64,000 bases of DNA, from NCBI GenBank assembly GCA_032718475.1, contig JAUCBJ010002273.1, positions 1 to 64,000 on the forward strand, in the 5' to 3' direction. This document shows, one piece after another, positions 33,141-46,655 of this stretch. Positions within the stretch are counted from its first letter, which is position 1. Every line of letters starts with the position of its first letter. The position numbers were made by a program, and so were the translations under genes. Below the pieces are notes generated by a model that was not told the DNA's origin, ran no database searches, and was given only the letters and a program-made list of their open reading frames with translations. This stretch comes from Nemertoderma westbladi. Taxonomy: Eukaryota > Animalia > Xenacoelomorpha.

Positions 33141-35255
33141 AGGGCAGTTGCCCCACGAAGTAAATTGCCCCATGAGCTCAATTGCTCCACCAGGTCAAAT
33201 TGCCCCACGAAGTAAATTGCCCCATGAGCTCAATTGCCCCACGAGGTCAAATTGCCCCACGAGGACAATTATCCTACGATGACCATTGTCACACGAGGTC
33301 AATTGCCCCGTGAATTCTACTGCCCCACGAGGTCAAATTGCCCCACGAGGACAATTGCCCCACGAGGACAATTGCCCCAAGAAGTCAATTGCCCCACGAT
33401 GAGAATTGCTCCACGAGATCAATTGCCCTACGAGGTCAAAATGCCCCACGAGGACAATTGCCCCACGAGGACAATTTCCCCACGAGGACAATTATCCCAC
33501 GAGGACAATTCTCCAACAAGGTCAATTGCCCCATGAATTCAACTGGCCCACGAGGTTAAATTGCCCCACGAGGACAATTGCCCCACGAGGTCAATTGCCC
33601 CACGAGGACAATTGCTCCACGAGATCAATTGCCCCACGAGGTCAAATTGCCCCACGAGGACAATTATCCCACGAGGACCATTGTCCCACGAGGTCAATTG
33701 CCCCATGAATTTAACTGCCCCACGAGGTCAAATTGCCCCACGAGGACAATTACCCCACGAGGACAATTGCCCCACGAGGACAATTGCCCCACGAGCTCAA
33801 TTGCCCTTCGAGGTCAAGTGCACCCTGAGTTCCATTGCCCCACGAGGTCAAATTGCCCCACGCGGACAATTATCACACGAGGACAATTGTCCTACGAGGT
33901 CAATTGCCCCATGAGTCCAAATTGCCCAACGAGGACAATTATCCTACGCGGACAATTGCCCTAAGAGGTCAATTGCTCCATGAGTTCAACAGCCTCACGG
34001 GGTCAAACTGCCCCACGAGGACAATTGCCCCACGAGGACAATTGTCCCACGAGGTCAATTGCCCCATGAATTCAACTGCCCCACGAGGTCAAATTGCCCC
34101 ACAAGGACAATTGCCCCATGAGGTCATTTGTCTCACGAGGACAATTGCTCCACGAGATCAATTGCCTCACGAGGTCAAATTGTCCCACGAGGACAATTGC
34201 CCCACGAGGTCAATAGCACCATGCGTTCAATTGCCCCGCGAAGTCAAATTGTCCCACGAGGATAATTATCCCACGCGGACAATTGCACCACGAGGTCAAT
34301 TGCCCCATGAGTTAAATTGCCCCACGAGGTCAATTGCCCCATGAGTTAAATTGCCCCACGAGGTCAAATTGCCCCACGTGGACAATTATCCCACGCGGAC
34401 AATTGCCCAACGAGGTCAATTGCCCCATGAGTTCAACTTCCCCACGGGGTCAAATTGCCCCACGAAGACAATTGCTCCACGAGATCAATTGGCCCATGTG
34501 TTCAATTGCCCCATGAGGTCAAATTGCCCCACGAGGACAATTATCCCACGAGGTCAATTGCCCCATGAATTCAACTGCCCCACGAGGTCACATTGCCCCA
34601 CGAGGACAATAGCCCCACGAGGTCAATTGTCCTACGAGGACAATCGCTCCACGAGATCAATTGCCCCACGAGATCAATTGCCCCACGAGGTCAAATTGCC
34701 CCACGAGGACAATTGCCCCACGAGCACAATTGCCCCACGAGATCAATTGCCCCCCCCCCCCCCCCCCCCGAGGACAATTGCGCCCACGAGGACAATTATC
34801 CCACGCACTCCAATGCCCCACGAGGTCAAATTGCCCCACGAGGACAATTATCCCACGCGGACAATTGTCCCACGAGGTCAATTACCCCATGAGTTCAATT
34901 GCCCGTCGAGGTCAATTGACACCATGACTTCAATTGCCCCACGAGGTCAAATTGCCCCACGAGGACAATTACCCACGCGGATAATTGCCCCACGAGGTAA
35001 TTTTCCCCATGAGTTCAACTGCCCCACGGGGTCAAATTGCCCCACGAGGACAATTGCTCCACGAGATCAATTGGCCCATAAGTTCAATTGCCCCCTGAGG
35101 TCAAATTTCCCCACGAGGACAATGGTCCCACGGGGACAATTTCCCCGGGAGATCAATTGCACCACGAGGACAATTTCCCCACGAGATCAATTGCCCCATG
35201 AGGACAATTTCCCCACGAGATCAATTACCCCCAAGGAAAACTGAACTGCCCCCAA
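33141..35255. repeat. 17/18-bp tandem array (TTGCCCCACGAGGACAA / TTGCCCCACGAGGTCAAA), probably MITE-derived
   Basis: Over 100 degenerate units starting ~65 bp after the channel stop codon. Confidence 0.95.
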
Positions 35256-36303
35256 ACAATTGCTACCCAGTTAGCTACCCTTGGACCAAAATTTAATTTA
35301 GAGAAGCACATTAGAACCAATATTTCCGCAAAGATTTTCTATAGTGCATGATTTATTATTTTTAGTCGCCAACCACCTCTGAATCTGTGTAATTAATACT
35401 TTCCTATTGTTATAGCATCTACGCGCAGTTTCTATAGTAACGTAACCAACAATTATCGTTAAATAAGTTAAGTTATCGTAATTAATATTACTTCAATTCG
35501 ATAGATTTATTTGTTCTGCACTAATAAAATAGAATAACATGTCCAAAAAATATAGTAAGGATTTTATTTGTGAATAAACCCAATGAAATGTGAACGAAAT
35601 TTACAACTTTAACGCCGTTTTTCCCCAAATAGTGTTTCTAATAGGTTATACTTGGAGGACTTGACAGCAGATTATGTATAGGTCTTGGCCTATAGAGATT
35701 TAAGATGCTATTTATTTCAGTTGTGTTGCTACTATTATTGTAGTACTTGTTTATCACGGTATTATAATTGAAAATATTAATATACGGCATTTTTATATTA
35801 ATATTAATAATATTTTATATATAATATTATGTCAATTTTTGGGGTCTATAAATTTGAAAGGCGAGCTTATATTCCCCCGTTTATTAGATAAGCTGCGTTA
35901 ATAAGCTTCCTATATTAATATTGTACCAGAAAAAATGACAAATATCCGTTACTCAGGAAGCTAAATTGGTAACTAAATAGTGCGGCTCGATTCAGTCAAT
36001 CGACTCGACAGTCATTGGGCTAAAGTCTGTCTGCACCAACCCCCAAACTCAACAAATAGACCTTGTTGCTATGTAGAATCAATGTTGCTGCTGAGAAAAC
36101 TTGAAAGTGAATGTGATCGGCATTATTCATTTTGATACAGACGTTTTGGGGTAATAGCAAGCAAGATATTGCAGATATAATCAAAACAATTTAGTTCGGA
36201 TGAATTGCGCTAAGAGAGTTAGAGGCCCTGCGCCTAAATTAAAAAAAAATAGATTTAATAAAATTAATATTAATTTCTAGTTAGAATAAAGTAAACCACT
36301 AAC

Positions 36304-36610
36304 CGGTATAGTACCGGTACTGTATACAGTACCGGTACTATATACAGTACCGGTACTGTATACAGTACCGGTACTATATACAGTACCGGTACTATATACA
36401 GTACCGGTACTGTATATAGTACCGGTACTGTATATAGTACCGGTACTGTATATAGTACCGGTACTGTATATAGTACCGGTACTGTATATAGTACCGGTAC
36501 TGTATATAGTACCGGTACTGTATACAGTACCGGTACTGTATACAGTACCGGTACTGTATATAGTACCGGTACTGTATATAGTACCGGTACTGTATATAGT
36601 ACCGGTACCG
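36304..36610. repeat. 18-bp palindromic minisatellite (~17 units)
   Basis: (YAGTACCGGTACTRTATA)n, containing the palindromes GTACCGGTAC and TRTATAYA. Confidence 0.95.
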
Positions 36611-37180
36611 GCCTAGTGGTGAACGTAGTAATTTCTTATTTAAACTGACGATATACTACCTTTTTGTTTTTTCTCTATATATTTTAATAGTTTCCGTAAA
36701 AAATAAATTATAGGAAAATCAGACGAAAATAACTGTAGCTTAGAAGGATAGATGGAAGAGCCGAACAAATATAGTTGTTATTTTGTAAATCTCCGATACA
36801 AAAACGGTTCCACCCAATACAGTAATAAAGCGATAGGAATGAACACCGTTGTGTTTCCCTTAAGAGACATCTACAACGCAATTGTTTGTGAGGAAGATAA
36901 TTATATAACACGAGGATTTAAAAACTTGGTGGTAACTGATTTAATTGTTAGGCTAATCAATCCGGTGTTACTGGCGGCGTAGCACCAACAACTTCGATGT
37001 ATAATATAGAAATAAATCTTCTTTACTCAACTACTGAACTAACAGCAACAAACATAATAAATAAAATATCTTTCTGTCAACGTCTCTATCTAACCCGCAA
37101 CCACGCGTTACCTTAACTACAAACTGCCTTACACCCGGACCGTCTGACCCATCAACTTCTAGCGGTTGGCGATACGGGAA

Positions 37181-37750
37181 CTAACGGGAACCGGTAGATA
37201 ACAACGCAAGTAAACCCGAAGAGGAAGCCACAGACAAGATGTAGTTAAAGTTGGGGTTGAACGATCGGAGAAGATAGAAGCTAAAGAGTATGATGAGGAA
37301 GATGTACAAGGTGTTGTTGTAGAAGATGGCGAAAGAAGTGGATTCGAACTCGGCAACTTCGTTCTTCTTCCAGAGGATTCGCTCGTCTTTCTCTTTCTTC
37401 GGCATCTTCTTGTCATCCGGAATCGATTTGAGCACCTCGCGAGCCACTGCATCCTCGCGTTTCTGCGCGAATTTGTGCTTGAGCACAAACTTGCTGTTCC
37501 TGTAGGCGAAACTCACCAGCCAGGTCGAGACTAAGGTCATGATGACCCATAGGATTCCGAATTCTAGCGGTTCCATTTGGTGGATTTTCCAGAACAGCCA
37601 CAACGGGATCGTGGAGACGATCAACGCGTTCACATAGAAGAATATCGACGATTTAAACGTCACATTGCGGGAGAAATCCTGCAATAATAGCTCCTCTTCT
37701 TTTGTAATTTTTTGTTGTTTGGTGGTTTTTGAAGCAGCCGTAACAGTCAT
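37181..37750 (-). CDS. SSR3: Translocon-associated protein subunit gamma (TRAP-gamma), intronless
   Basis: [70 protein letters not shown]. Confidence 0.97.
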   Translation of the reverse strand: MTVTAASKTTKQQKITKEEELLLQDFSRNVTFKSSIFFYVNALIVSTIPLWLFWKIHQMEPLEFGILWVIMTLVSTWLVSFAYRNSKFVLKHKFAQKREDAVAREVLKSIPDDKKMPKKEKDERILWKKNEVAEFESTSFAIFYNNTLYIFLIILFSFYLLRSFNPNFNYILSVASSSGLLALLSTGSR

Positions 37751-38004
37751 TTTAACAGCAACAGTCTGACAGTAGGCCTACCAGTTCCGTAAATTTCGAA
37801 ATTCGCTTCAACAGTCGAAAAAGTGCCAATAGAACAGTACAGAAGTACAGTAGAAGTTCTTAGTACAGTAGCCTAGTATCGTACAATGCCAGGAGTCAGT
37901 AGAGCAGTACCGGTACCAATCAGCCAAATACAGCAGTCAGGCAGTTCTACCGACAGACCGATTACAGATTAGGCCTACTGGATTATATTATTTATTTATA
38001 CCGG

Positions 38005-38914
38005 TGTAACAGGAAAATATGCCCCCCCGGGAAATGTGCCCGGGGGGGCATATTTTCCTAGGAAAAAATGCCCCCCCGGGCAAATTTCCCTAGGAAAAAA
38101 TGCCCCCCCTTAGGAAATTATGCCCCCTCTGAATTATACAATAAACAAAACTTATTACTACTAAAACTTACAAAAATTATACAAAACAATAAACAGTCAC
38201 TTTACCAAATGAAGGAAAGGAGCAGGTTACAGAGGCATGCCTTTCTAACCAAAACAATAAACGATCATTTAACTAATTGATGGAAAGGAGCAGGTTACAG
38301 AGGCGGGATTTTCTATCCAAAACAATAAACAGTCACTTTAGCAAATCAGGGAAAGGAGCAGGTTACAGAGACGGGATTTTCTAACCAAAACAATAAACGA
38401 TAACATTACCAATTGAGAGAAAGGAGCAGGTTACAGAGGCGGGATTTTCTAACCAAAACAATAAACAATCACTTTACCAAATCAGGGAAAGGAGCAGGTT
38501 ACAGACTTAAAAAAGCTTGGAGCTGCTCGGCGCCCACACAACACCACACACTCGCACTGCTGTTATACCAGTACTTTACTACAGTAGCCTACTGACTTAG
38601 ATACTTCAGTATGCTGTTCTACATCCCTTACTGCCTTACCTGCTTACCTACCGGCAGACCGGTACCGTACTATTCTTCCAACTATTACAAGTTCTGCAGT
38701 TGGTAGATTAAAAGTGGCTACCAGCAGACCGGTATCGTACCAGTTTTCAGACTTTTGAGGGGGGCAAATTTTCCTGAGGGGAGGCATTATTTCCTAAGGA
38801 GAAAATGCCCCCCCGGGCTAAATTTCCTAGGAAAAATTGCCCGGGGGGACATAATATCCTAGGAAATAATGCCCCGGGGGGCATATTCTAGGGGGGGCTG
38901 ATTTCCTTGTGACA
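38005..38914. mobile_element. Ginger-like (or TA-targeting) MITE with five internal ~69-bp repeats
   Basis: TGTAACAGGAAA...TTTCCTTGTGACA flanked by CCGG on both sides (38001-38004, 38915-38918). Alternative reading: CCGG termini with a TA TSD. Subterminal TTTCCTAGGAAA / G-C tract repeats. Confidence 0.75.
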
Positions 38915-39510
38915 CCGGTACGTCACTTGGGCATACAGGAACAGGACAGATCAGCACATCGCTTGTTGCACGTTCTGACTTTTTTCTCTATTTTACCGTG
39001 AGTAAAAATGAAGCAATGAAAGGCGTTGTGTAAAGTAGTTTTGTGTAAAGCGCTTGTCGCACTTTAAAACATAATTGTACAAAAAATGGCACCCCCCAAC
39101 GCCAACCACAACCAATTAACGAGATATCAGTAATACCAGGTTTCAGTTTTGATTTAGTCAATAACTGTCCTTATTCGAATACAAAGACTGCCATGAGAAC
39201 TGGACTTCAAGCATAATGCAGTAACTGAATAAGTAGACCTTATAACCAGAAAATTATCGCAACTACGGCCCGCGTACTTCGACCCTACAGACAGAACATA
39301 TTCACTGCTATAGGAACAGGATACTATCTCAGCGAATTACTTTGATACATTTTTTTTATCATTTATCAAGTTGCCTTTCTAATCACAATAACACAGTACC
39401 GTATCTTTTGTGCGCATTAATCATGGAATCACAAAATGTAGGTATCGGAAATATAAATTTTTGTCACTAAAAATTAATTATTGACCTTATATTAACTATT
39501 CTGACCGAAT

Positions 39511-39545
39511 GCAGACGCGAAGCACGAGCGAAGCGAGTGACTAGT
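39511..39545 (+). mobile_element. Possible Helitron 3' terminus
   Basis: Two GCGAAGC mini-hairpins immediately followed by CTAG-T. 5' end not located. Confidence 0.35.
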
Positions 39546-41763
39546 GTTAAGGAGTTATTTCAGCACAACAGCATGTAACGAAAGAAATTATGCCACAAAA
39601 TAACACGAATATTATCCTCTCTCGAAACGTCGCAATATACTCGGAGGCTCTCCCTATCCCATGTTTAATTAAATATAGTAAGATTTAGGATTAAAAATAG
39701 TGAGTGATAGAAAGACTTTCTATCACAAGAACTTTCCATCTCTAAAATTCGGTTTAGGAATCTTAGGAATCGAAAGTCTTTCAAAACTCATTCTTGCATT
39801 CCAGTGTTTTTGTACAAATGTAAGAGAGACAAAGTGGATCTCTTCGGCATATTCGGGCCGCATATTACCAATTTGGGTGTCGTTTCAGCCTATTTTAACA
39901 AATAAACTAAATTAAGTAACACAGTTTAAAGTAAAATGTTTACTTCTAGGCACTAATTTTTCAATATTAATTTAACATTAACCCTATGAGAAGGCTGAAA
40001 CGAAATTGGCTTTTTGCATTCGGGCCATGTTATTGTTATTTGTTTTGCTTGTAATATAGCTGATTACGGAGGGGGGGGGGGGGGGGGGGGGGTGGTGGTT
40101 GATATGAGTATTAAATTATAAACATGCTGCATTATTAAAATGTAATGTTCTAGAATTAATATCTAGTAAGCAGGTAAACACTGTAAAATCAATGCAGATA
40201 TGAATAACTACAACTATAATAATACTAATCAACTCTCACTACTTAACGCTAAAAATATGCTATAAAAATACTTCAAATTGCATTTCGTGTTAAAGAAGAA
40301 AAATAATTAAATGTAATTGTAAAATTAAGTTGAAATTTCCTTGAAAAACATTTAAAAATCGATGTATTTGTTTGGAAGACACATTTTCGTAACGTTCTTA
40401 CAAACGGAAGAATTGTTTATCGTTATTAAGATATTTGAATTATTAGTAAATTACAGGAAAAACTTAAAAAAGTGCAAATATAACCCCAGCCACAGAACAC
40501 AATGAATTCTAAAGATTATCAAATACTTATTGTACTAAAAATATATAGTGAAATAATATGTAAGTAAATAATATTGCTAATTACAAATAAAACCAGTTCA
40601 TTATGAAACATTAATAATTCATTTTGGAAAAAAAAACTAATTTAAATAAAAATAAAATTACAGAGTTGTGAGGCATTAAACATATCGAAACCATAAGGAG
40701 AGTTAATCATTACTAATTAAAATTGATTTATCCACTGTATTTGTTGGTCAGCCATATCCATATCTCTTTATAATTTTAAATATATTTCTAGAATGACTTT
40801 ATACATTGATTAAAAATATAAACGTCAAATTTAATTAACTTAAATTACAATATGAAAATGAAACTAACAATATATAACTATCAATCATCAAACTTAGTGT
40901 ATCACTGTGAAACAACTAAACTAAAGGAAGTTATCATTCTTTACGGCTTAAAAGTTATTGACCGAACCAATTAAATCGTCATAATTAAAAAACAAATTAT
41001 TATAAAATAACCAATAATATTTTAATAAGTAAATATGTCGTATCCAAACATACAAGTTATAGAAATTAGATTTTATGATCACGTTATTGGGGACTAGGAA
41101 GCACTGAGATTGTTGTAACAATAATCATTAATTTTGGGTTTTAGATTTAAAAAAAATATCGCAGATATACAAAATAAAGGGACATGCTTAACCTAGAAAC
41201 ATGCTGTAATTATGTATGTACAATTAATACTACTAATAATACAGATTGTAAAAACAATAAAAATGACAAGATTATATAAAATAAAACTAAATTTAATTTA
41301 GCAATATTTAAAAAACGAAAACAGGAAGATATTTTAAATGCATTGATAAATCGCACTCATCCCCAAACCGCAATAAACAATCATATTAAAGTGTTGCATA
41401 GGTTATAATAATTGATGAAAGACTTGGCACTTATGGCCTAATAAATGTGGCAATAATTATTTTTGTGTTGTTGGTCAACAACAGCAAAATACTTTAATAA
41501 CATGAAGCGCACAACATTTACATCACAGTACATCCAAATTTGTGAACAACTTAAATAAATAAATCTCACTTTTAGTGTTTAGTTGACGAATTTTTAGGTA
41601 AAAACAAGTTATGATAACTTTCGATTCAATGCAAAGTTTCAAAAATGCAAAATGCCACATATCAATAAAGTGCTGAATAACTGAGGCAGTGAGTGTTCGA
41701 AAATTATAAAACTAAATAAAATTATAAATCATTAACTTCGGGATACAAAAAATGTTTACTGTA

Positions 41764-43944
41764 TCAAAAGTTTAAAATTTCATCGAGGAAATCTGATGTT
41801 GTCTGATTAAATAAAACCCCGGAGACGTTGTTGCTAGTCGCTTCTGATTGGTTGTTACTATATTGTGCTAGGGCGGCGTTATTGCTGAGCCCTTCGGATT
41901 GGTTATACGGTGCCAGAGCACCGTTATTGCTGGGCATTCGTGGTGGGTTATACGACGGTGCTGCCAGTGACCTGTTACTATTTGAGACCCCAGACTGATG
42001 AAACAACCTAGTACTGGTCGCACCATTAACCATTTGGTTATAAACTCCGCCATTAACTTGGCGGTTTTTAGATTCATACGACGTATCATTGCTAGCCATT
42101 CGGGCTCCTTGCTGGTTGTACAGAGTCCCTTCGTGGTAAATCTGCCCCGCCGCCGAGTGGATTTGTTCCATCGGAAGGCGGTACGACTCGAAGTTATTGT
42201 GCGAGTTTGGCATATGCTGGGCGCCGTGGGGGTTTACCATTGGGTAGGCTGTGGGGGCGTTTGTCATGGGATGATGGGCGTTTGACATTCGATGACCGTG
42301 TGTCATTGGATTGGCATTAACCATTGGTTGGGCGTTATGGGCGTTTATAATTTGCTGGGCGTTTACCAATGGCTGGCCGTTATGGGCGTTTACCAATGGC
42401 TGGGCGTTATGGGCGTTTACCATTGGATAGGGATTGTTTACCATCTGATGTTGACTCCCCGGAACCATCTGATGGGGATTTCCGTTACTCCCCATCTGCT
42501 GGATCTGCGAATGGCTCTGTGTTTGCGAAAGCTGACGCATTTGGGTGGAACTCTCCACCTGTAGATACTGGCCGGCGGTGAGGCGGGGGTTCTGGAATCC
42601 AGTTAGGTTGTGGTTCGTTTTCCGGTACGGGGGCGGGGGGTCCCGCATCCCTATTGGCTGTTGATGACGCGGTTGCAACCTACAACCGTTGTTGTACTGG
42701 GGCTGCTGTTGAACGCGATACATTGAATATCCGGCTTGCTGGGCAGATGAACTGTTAAACTGCTTTTCGCTAATACTCCCATTACCAAAGACATTACGAT
42801 GCGTTTCGCTATCGTTACTTCGCGTTTGGTACTGGACTTGCATCGGCCCGCTACTATTATTACACTGTAAGCCCGACTGGTTGTTATGAAAACGCTCCGA
42901 AGACACATTTTGACGAAATAGTTTCTGATCCATAGAAATCTGAGTGGTTTCCTGACGAGAGTGAATGTAATACTCTTGCATAGATTCATCCGTTACACGG
43001 ACCGGGCCATTGCCGACGTCGCACGACGCTAGTTTAGCTTGCTGGTTAGACGACTCAACTACAAAACAATTGCCGTCATTATAATAAGGAATTCCACCGG
43101 TTTCACCGCTACAAATCTTCGCCTGACTATTCTGAGGAATTGAAACTTCAAATTGCCGATTTTTAGTATTTATTTCGGATAGAAAGTTGGAGAAAGGAAG
43201 ATTATCCGAGGCCCTACGAGAGATGTTGTGTGCGGGATCTTCTGCGTTAGTCCAAGGATTCTTTGCAACTCGGGAGGTTTGATATTCGCATGAGTTACCG
43301 CCCTGAAGAGCTTTGTAAAGTTCGCTTTCGTTTGCGAGACTTTCCGCATTCGGTTTAACATCGTCGTATTTACCCCCGCGGTCGGAAAACTCGCAACTAG
43401 AACCGCTAAAATTAGGAAAATTCTGCTTATTAAAATGATGTTTATCGTATTCTTGATATTCGGCGGTTTTACAGGGGGGTTGAGGCGTCGCCTCGGGTTG
43501 CATCTCGGATTCCTCCTCCCCGAACGTCGAGCTGACCGTCACGTTGGTGTGGATCGTCCGGGAGTTACGTGGGATCCCGGAACCGTCGCCGATCTCTTGC
43601 ACGATCTGTACGGATACCTTGGGGACGGCGTACGGATGGTAACCCTTCCGGGAATCGCGACCCTCCTCCGCCCAATCCGTCGAGGATTTACGCCGTTTAC
43701 TCGACGGTACGCTGTTGTTGTCCTCTTTATTTACAAATTTCTCGAGTTTAATCTTCGAGTGGCATTTCGCTCCGTTCCGCGCGTTGGAATGAATTCGTTG
43801 TCGTAATGTCTCGGCTTCCTCTCGTTCCCTGCGGTACATCGACTTGTAGTAGGATGAGTAGCGATCAATACACTGCGAATGACGGCGTTTATACGCGTCC
43901 AGTTTTAGTTGGTGAGCGGTGAATTGTTCAGAGTTCGCATCCAT
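41764..43944 (-). CDS. MAML: Mastermind-like Notch transcriptional co-activator, intronless
   Basis: N-terminal KLDAYKRRHSQCIDRY..RREREEAETLRQR resembles the Mastermind basic helix (RIELxRRHxxxCExRY..E.E..T..L.QR). NLS-like KRRK, Q/N-rich body, C-terminal acidic SDFLDEIL. Confidence 0.75.
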   Translation of the reverse strand: MDANSEQFTAHQLKLDAYKRRHSQCIDRYSSYYKSMYRREREEAETLRQRIHSNARNGAKCHSKIKLEKFVNKEDNNSVPSSKRRKSSTDWAEEGRDSRKGYHPYAVPKVSVQIVQEIGDGSGIPRNSRTIHTNVTVSSTFGEEESEMQPEATPQPPCKTAEYQEYDKHHFNKQNFPNFSGSSCEFSDRGGKYDDVKPNAESLANESELYKALQGGNSCEYQTSRVAKNPWTNAEDPAHNISRRASDNLPFSNFLSEINTKNRQFEVSIPQNSQAKICSGETGGIPYYNDGNCFVVESSNQQAKLASCDVGNGPVRVTDESMQEYYIHSRQETTQISMDQKLFRQNVSSERFHNNQSGLQCNNSSGPMQVQYQTRSNDSETHRNVFGNGSISEKQFNSSSAQQAGYSMYRVQQQPQYNNGCRLQPRHQQPIGMRDPPPPYRKTNHNLTGFQNPRLTAGQYLQVESSTQMRQLSQTQSHSQIQQMGSNGNPHQMVPGSQHQMVNNPYPMVNAHNAQPLVNAHNGQPLVNAQQIINAHNAQPMVNANPMTHGHRMSNAHHPMTNAPTAYPMVNPHGAQHMPNSHNNFESYRLPMEQIHSAAGQIYHEGTLYNQQGARMASNDTSYESKNRQVNGGVYNQMVNGATSTRLFHQSGVSNSNRSLAAPSYNPPRMPSNNGALAPYNQSEGLSNNAALAQYSNNQSEATSNNVSGVLFNQTTSDFLDEILNF

Positions 43945-44710
43945 TACCTACCGCATTACAGCATTACCCAGGTCAGCAGGTAGGCCTATAGCAGGGTATA
44001 GGTTTCGGCAAACCGCAAACGGACCGGGACCATAACGAACTGACGAACTGACAGACTGACGGAGTATGGAGTAGTCTAACGACAGAACGAACCTATTGCA
44101 ATTGTGCTAAATACAGAAATACTGATATAATCAACTCGCCTGTCGGCCTGTCGCCGCTGCACGCGCCGCAGTCCATGAGTCTGTGAGTCGTACTCGTAAC
44201 GTCACTCTCCTATCACTGCAGCACTGTATCAATACTTAGATACTGGAATAGGGCCTATATGCTATATCAGTCAGTCAGTATATCACATCACCACCCCTTC
44301 CAGCGCCCAGCCCAGCCCACCAACATCTGAACACCACATAATTACCGCTCTCAGACTCTAGCAGTCTTGCCAATCCAGCAATCTCTATCAATCTAACTAT
44401 ATCTTCTCAACGTTTCCTACAATGCAATCCTGCAATCAGGCAATCGCAAAAAGAGTGAGACGATCAGACAGTAACCAAATACAATACGCATAATACTGTA
44501 ATACAGTAATATACAGATACCGGTATCTGGATATATTACAGCTATAATTCAGTAATTATTATGTAAGGCTGTAAGGTACTATTTATTGCAGAACTAAATC
44601 CATAAACAGTTATTTATTACAAAAGGCAGTGTCCGGGAAGTGTCCGGGGGGCAAGTGTCCGGGGGGGGGGGGGGGAATATGACGTCACAGAACGTAAGGA
44701 TTTAAAATTA

Positions 44711-46655
44711 TTGGGTATAGAAAATTCATGGATAGAATTAAAACGCCCCCAGAATAAAGTTCTAATTATTGGAACTATCTATCGCCCCGAACCTGTACAC
44801 ATTGATACATTTCTCACAAAGCTGGATTCTATACTGCTATCTTTAACTAATAATAATTATGACGTCATCCTTACAGGTGACATGAACATTGACCTCCTGA
44901 AACCATCCACCCGCTCTCTGCAATATACAGACCTCCTAAATTGATACGGATTTCCACCGCTAATATCTACTCCTACTCGTGTAACACCATATTCTAAAAC
45001 TACTATCGACCATATTATAACTAACATTGCGTCATCATTCTCTACATCCGGTGTCTTCCAAAATTTAATTGGGACTTCTGACCACTACCCTTGCTTCACG
45101 GTCTTCCAACAGTACTCTTGCTATTTCAATAAGCCCAAAAAAAGTACAGTTTTTGACTTCTCTAATTTCAGAGTAAATGACTTTTTACATGATGTTAAGG
45201 ATCCAAATACATGGTCTTACACTTGGTCATCAATACCGAATTATAATAAATTCGATACTTTTTATGATGACTTCACGAGCCTCTGTTTAAAGCATGTTCC
45301 AAAAAAATATATATCTTCCAATAAAATACCATTGAAACCATGGATGACCCCCAACCTAATCAAATGCACATAAAAAAAAATCCCACTGATTCTAACCACA
45401 CTAAATACACGCAATATAGGAACAGCTTAACTTCAACTACACGTGCTGCACAATCACGCTACTATTCTACTCAGTTTACAAAAAACTCTAACAACATACG
45501 TAAAACATGGGTGATAATAAATACTGCTCTAAACAAATCGCGTAAACTAAACTCACCTAAGAAACTTACTATTTCCAGTGCATATAAAATTGAAACTATA
45601 ACCGATCCAACACATATTGCTAATACACTGAACAATCACTTTGATTCTATTGGCCCCTAAACTAGCTCGGGATATACCACATTCGCATATTTCCCCTCTT
45701 CGCTACATCAACCACATTCGGCCAAACTCCTTCTCCCTCTCTGAGACATCTCCAGTTGAAATACACTATAACTTTCTCCATCTAAACCCTAACACATCTA
45801 CTGTACAAATGACGACTTTTCTATAAAACTCATAATGCTCGCTGCACAACATATATCTATTCACATAAGCTATTTAATTAATTTATCCATTTCGCAGGGT
45901 TTCTTTCCCAAATCATTAAAAATAGCCAAAGTCCTACCATCATTTAAAGGGGGAGTCCCGACGGACTCTAACAACTATCGCCCAATCTCCCTTCTTCCCT
46001 TGCTAAGTAAACTTCTGGAACAAATAATAAACACCCAGCTCCAATCTTACGTCTTAAAATTCCTAATAATAACAAAATCGCAATATGGCTTTGGTCCGAA
46101 AACATCCACAACTCACGCCCTTCTCCTTGTCCTTGACATCCACCAGGGACCAGGCCCTAGACGATTCGCTATCTACTTGTGATATCTTCATTGACCTAAA
46201 GAAAGCTTCGATACTCTAGACCATGAAATACTACTATCTAAACTAACATAATATGGAATACCTCTATGGTCTACCTCATCAACTAATATCTAGCTTTCTT
46301 TCATCTCGATCTCAATTTGTATCTATCGATGGCTTTCAATCCTCAATTTTACCTCTAACCTGTGGCGTCCCTCAGGGTTCTACTCTTCCCCCCATCCTAT
46401 TCATTTTATATATTAACGACCTGCCTAATGCTTCAAACCTACTCTCAATGTTATTTGCTGATGATACATAATACGCTTTTCCAATCCTCATCGAATGCAT
46501 TTTCCCTTCTAACGACTACCAACCAGGAACTTGACAAGATCGCTGATTGGCTTATTGCTAACCGCCTCTCCTTAAACTTAACAAAGACGGAATACGCTAT
46601 ATTTTCTAATTTTCTAACTGACCCGACTAATCTCAACATCATCAAACTTGTCTAA
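44711..46655 (+). mobile_element. Degenerate L2/CR1-group LINE ORF2 (AP endonuclease plus RT)
   Basis: IIGTIYRP, ILTGDMNIDLL, KIAKVLP, NYRPISLLP, QYGF, GVPQGS, YINDL, FADDT. Many frameshifts. Confidence 0.9.

Noticed and set aside
33234-35244. Overlapping PHE/CPTR/APRGQ ORFs
   Set aside because: Artefacts of 17/18-bp repeats that cycle through reading frames.
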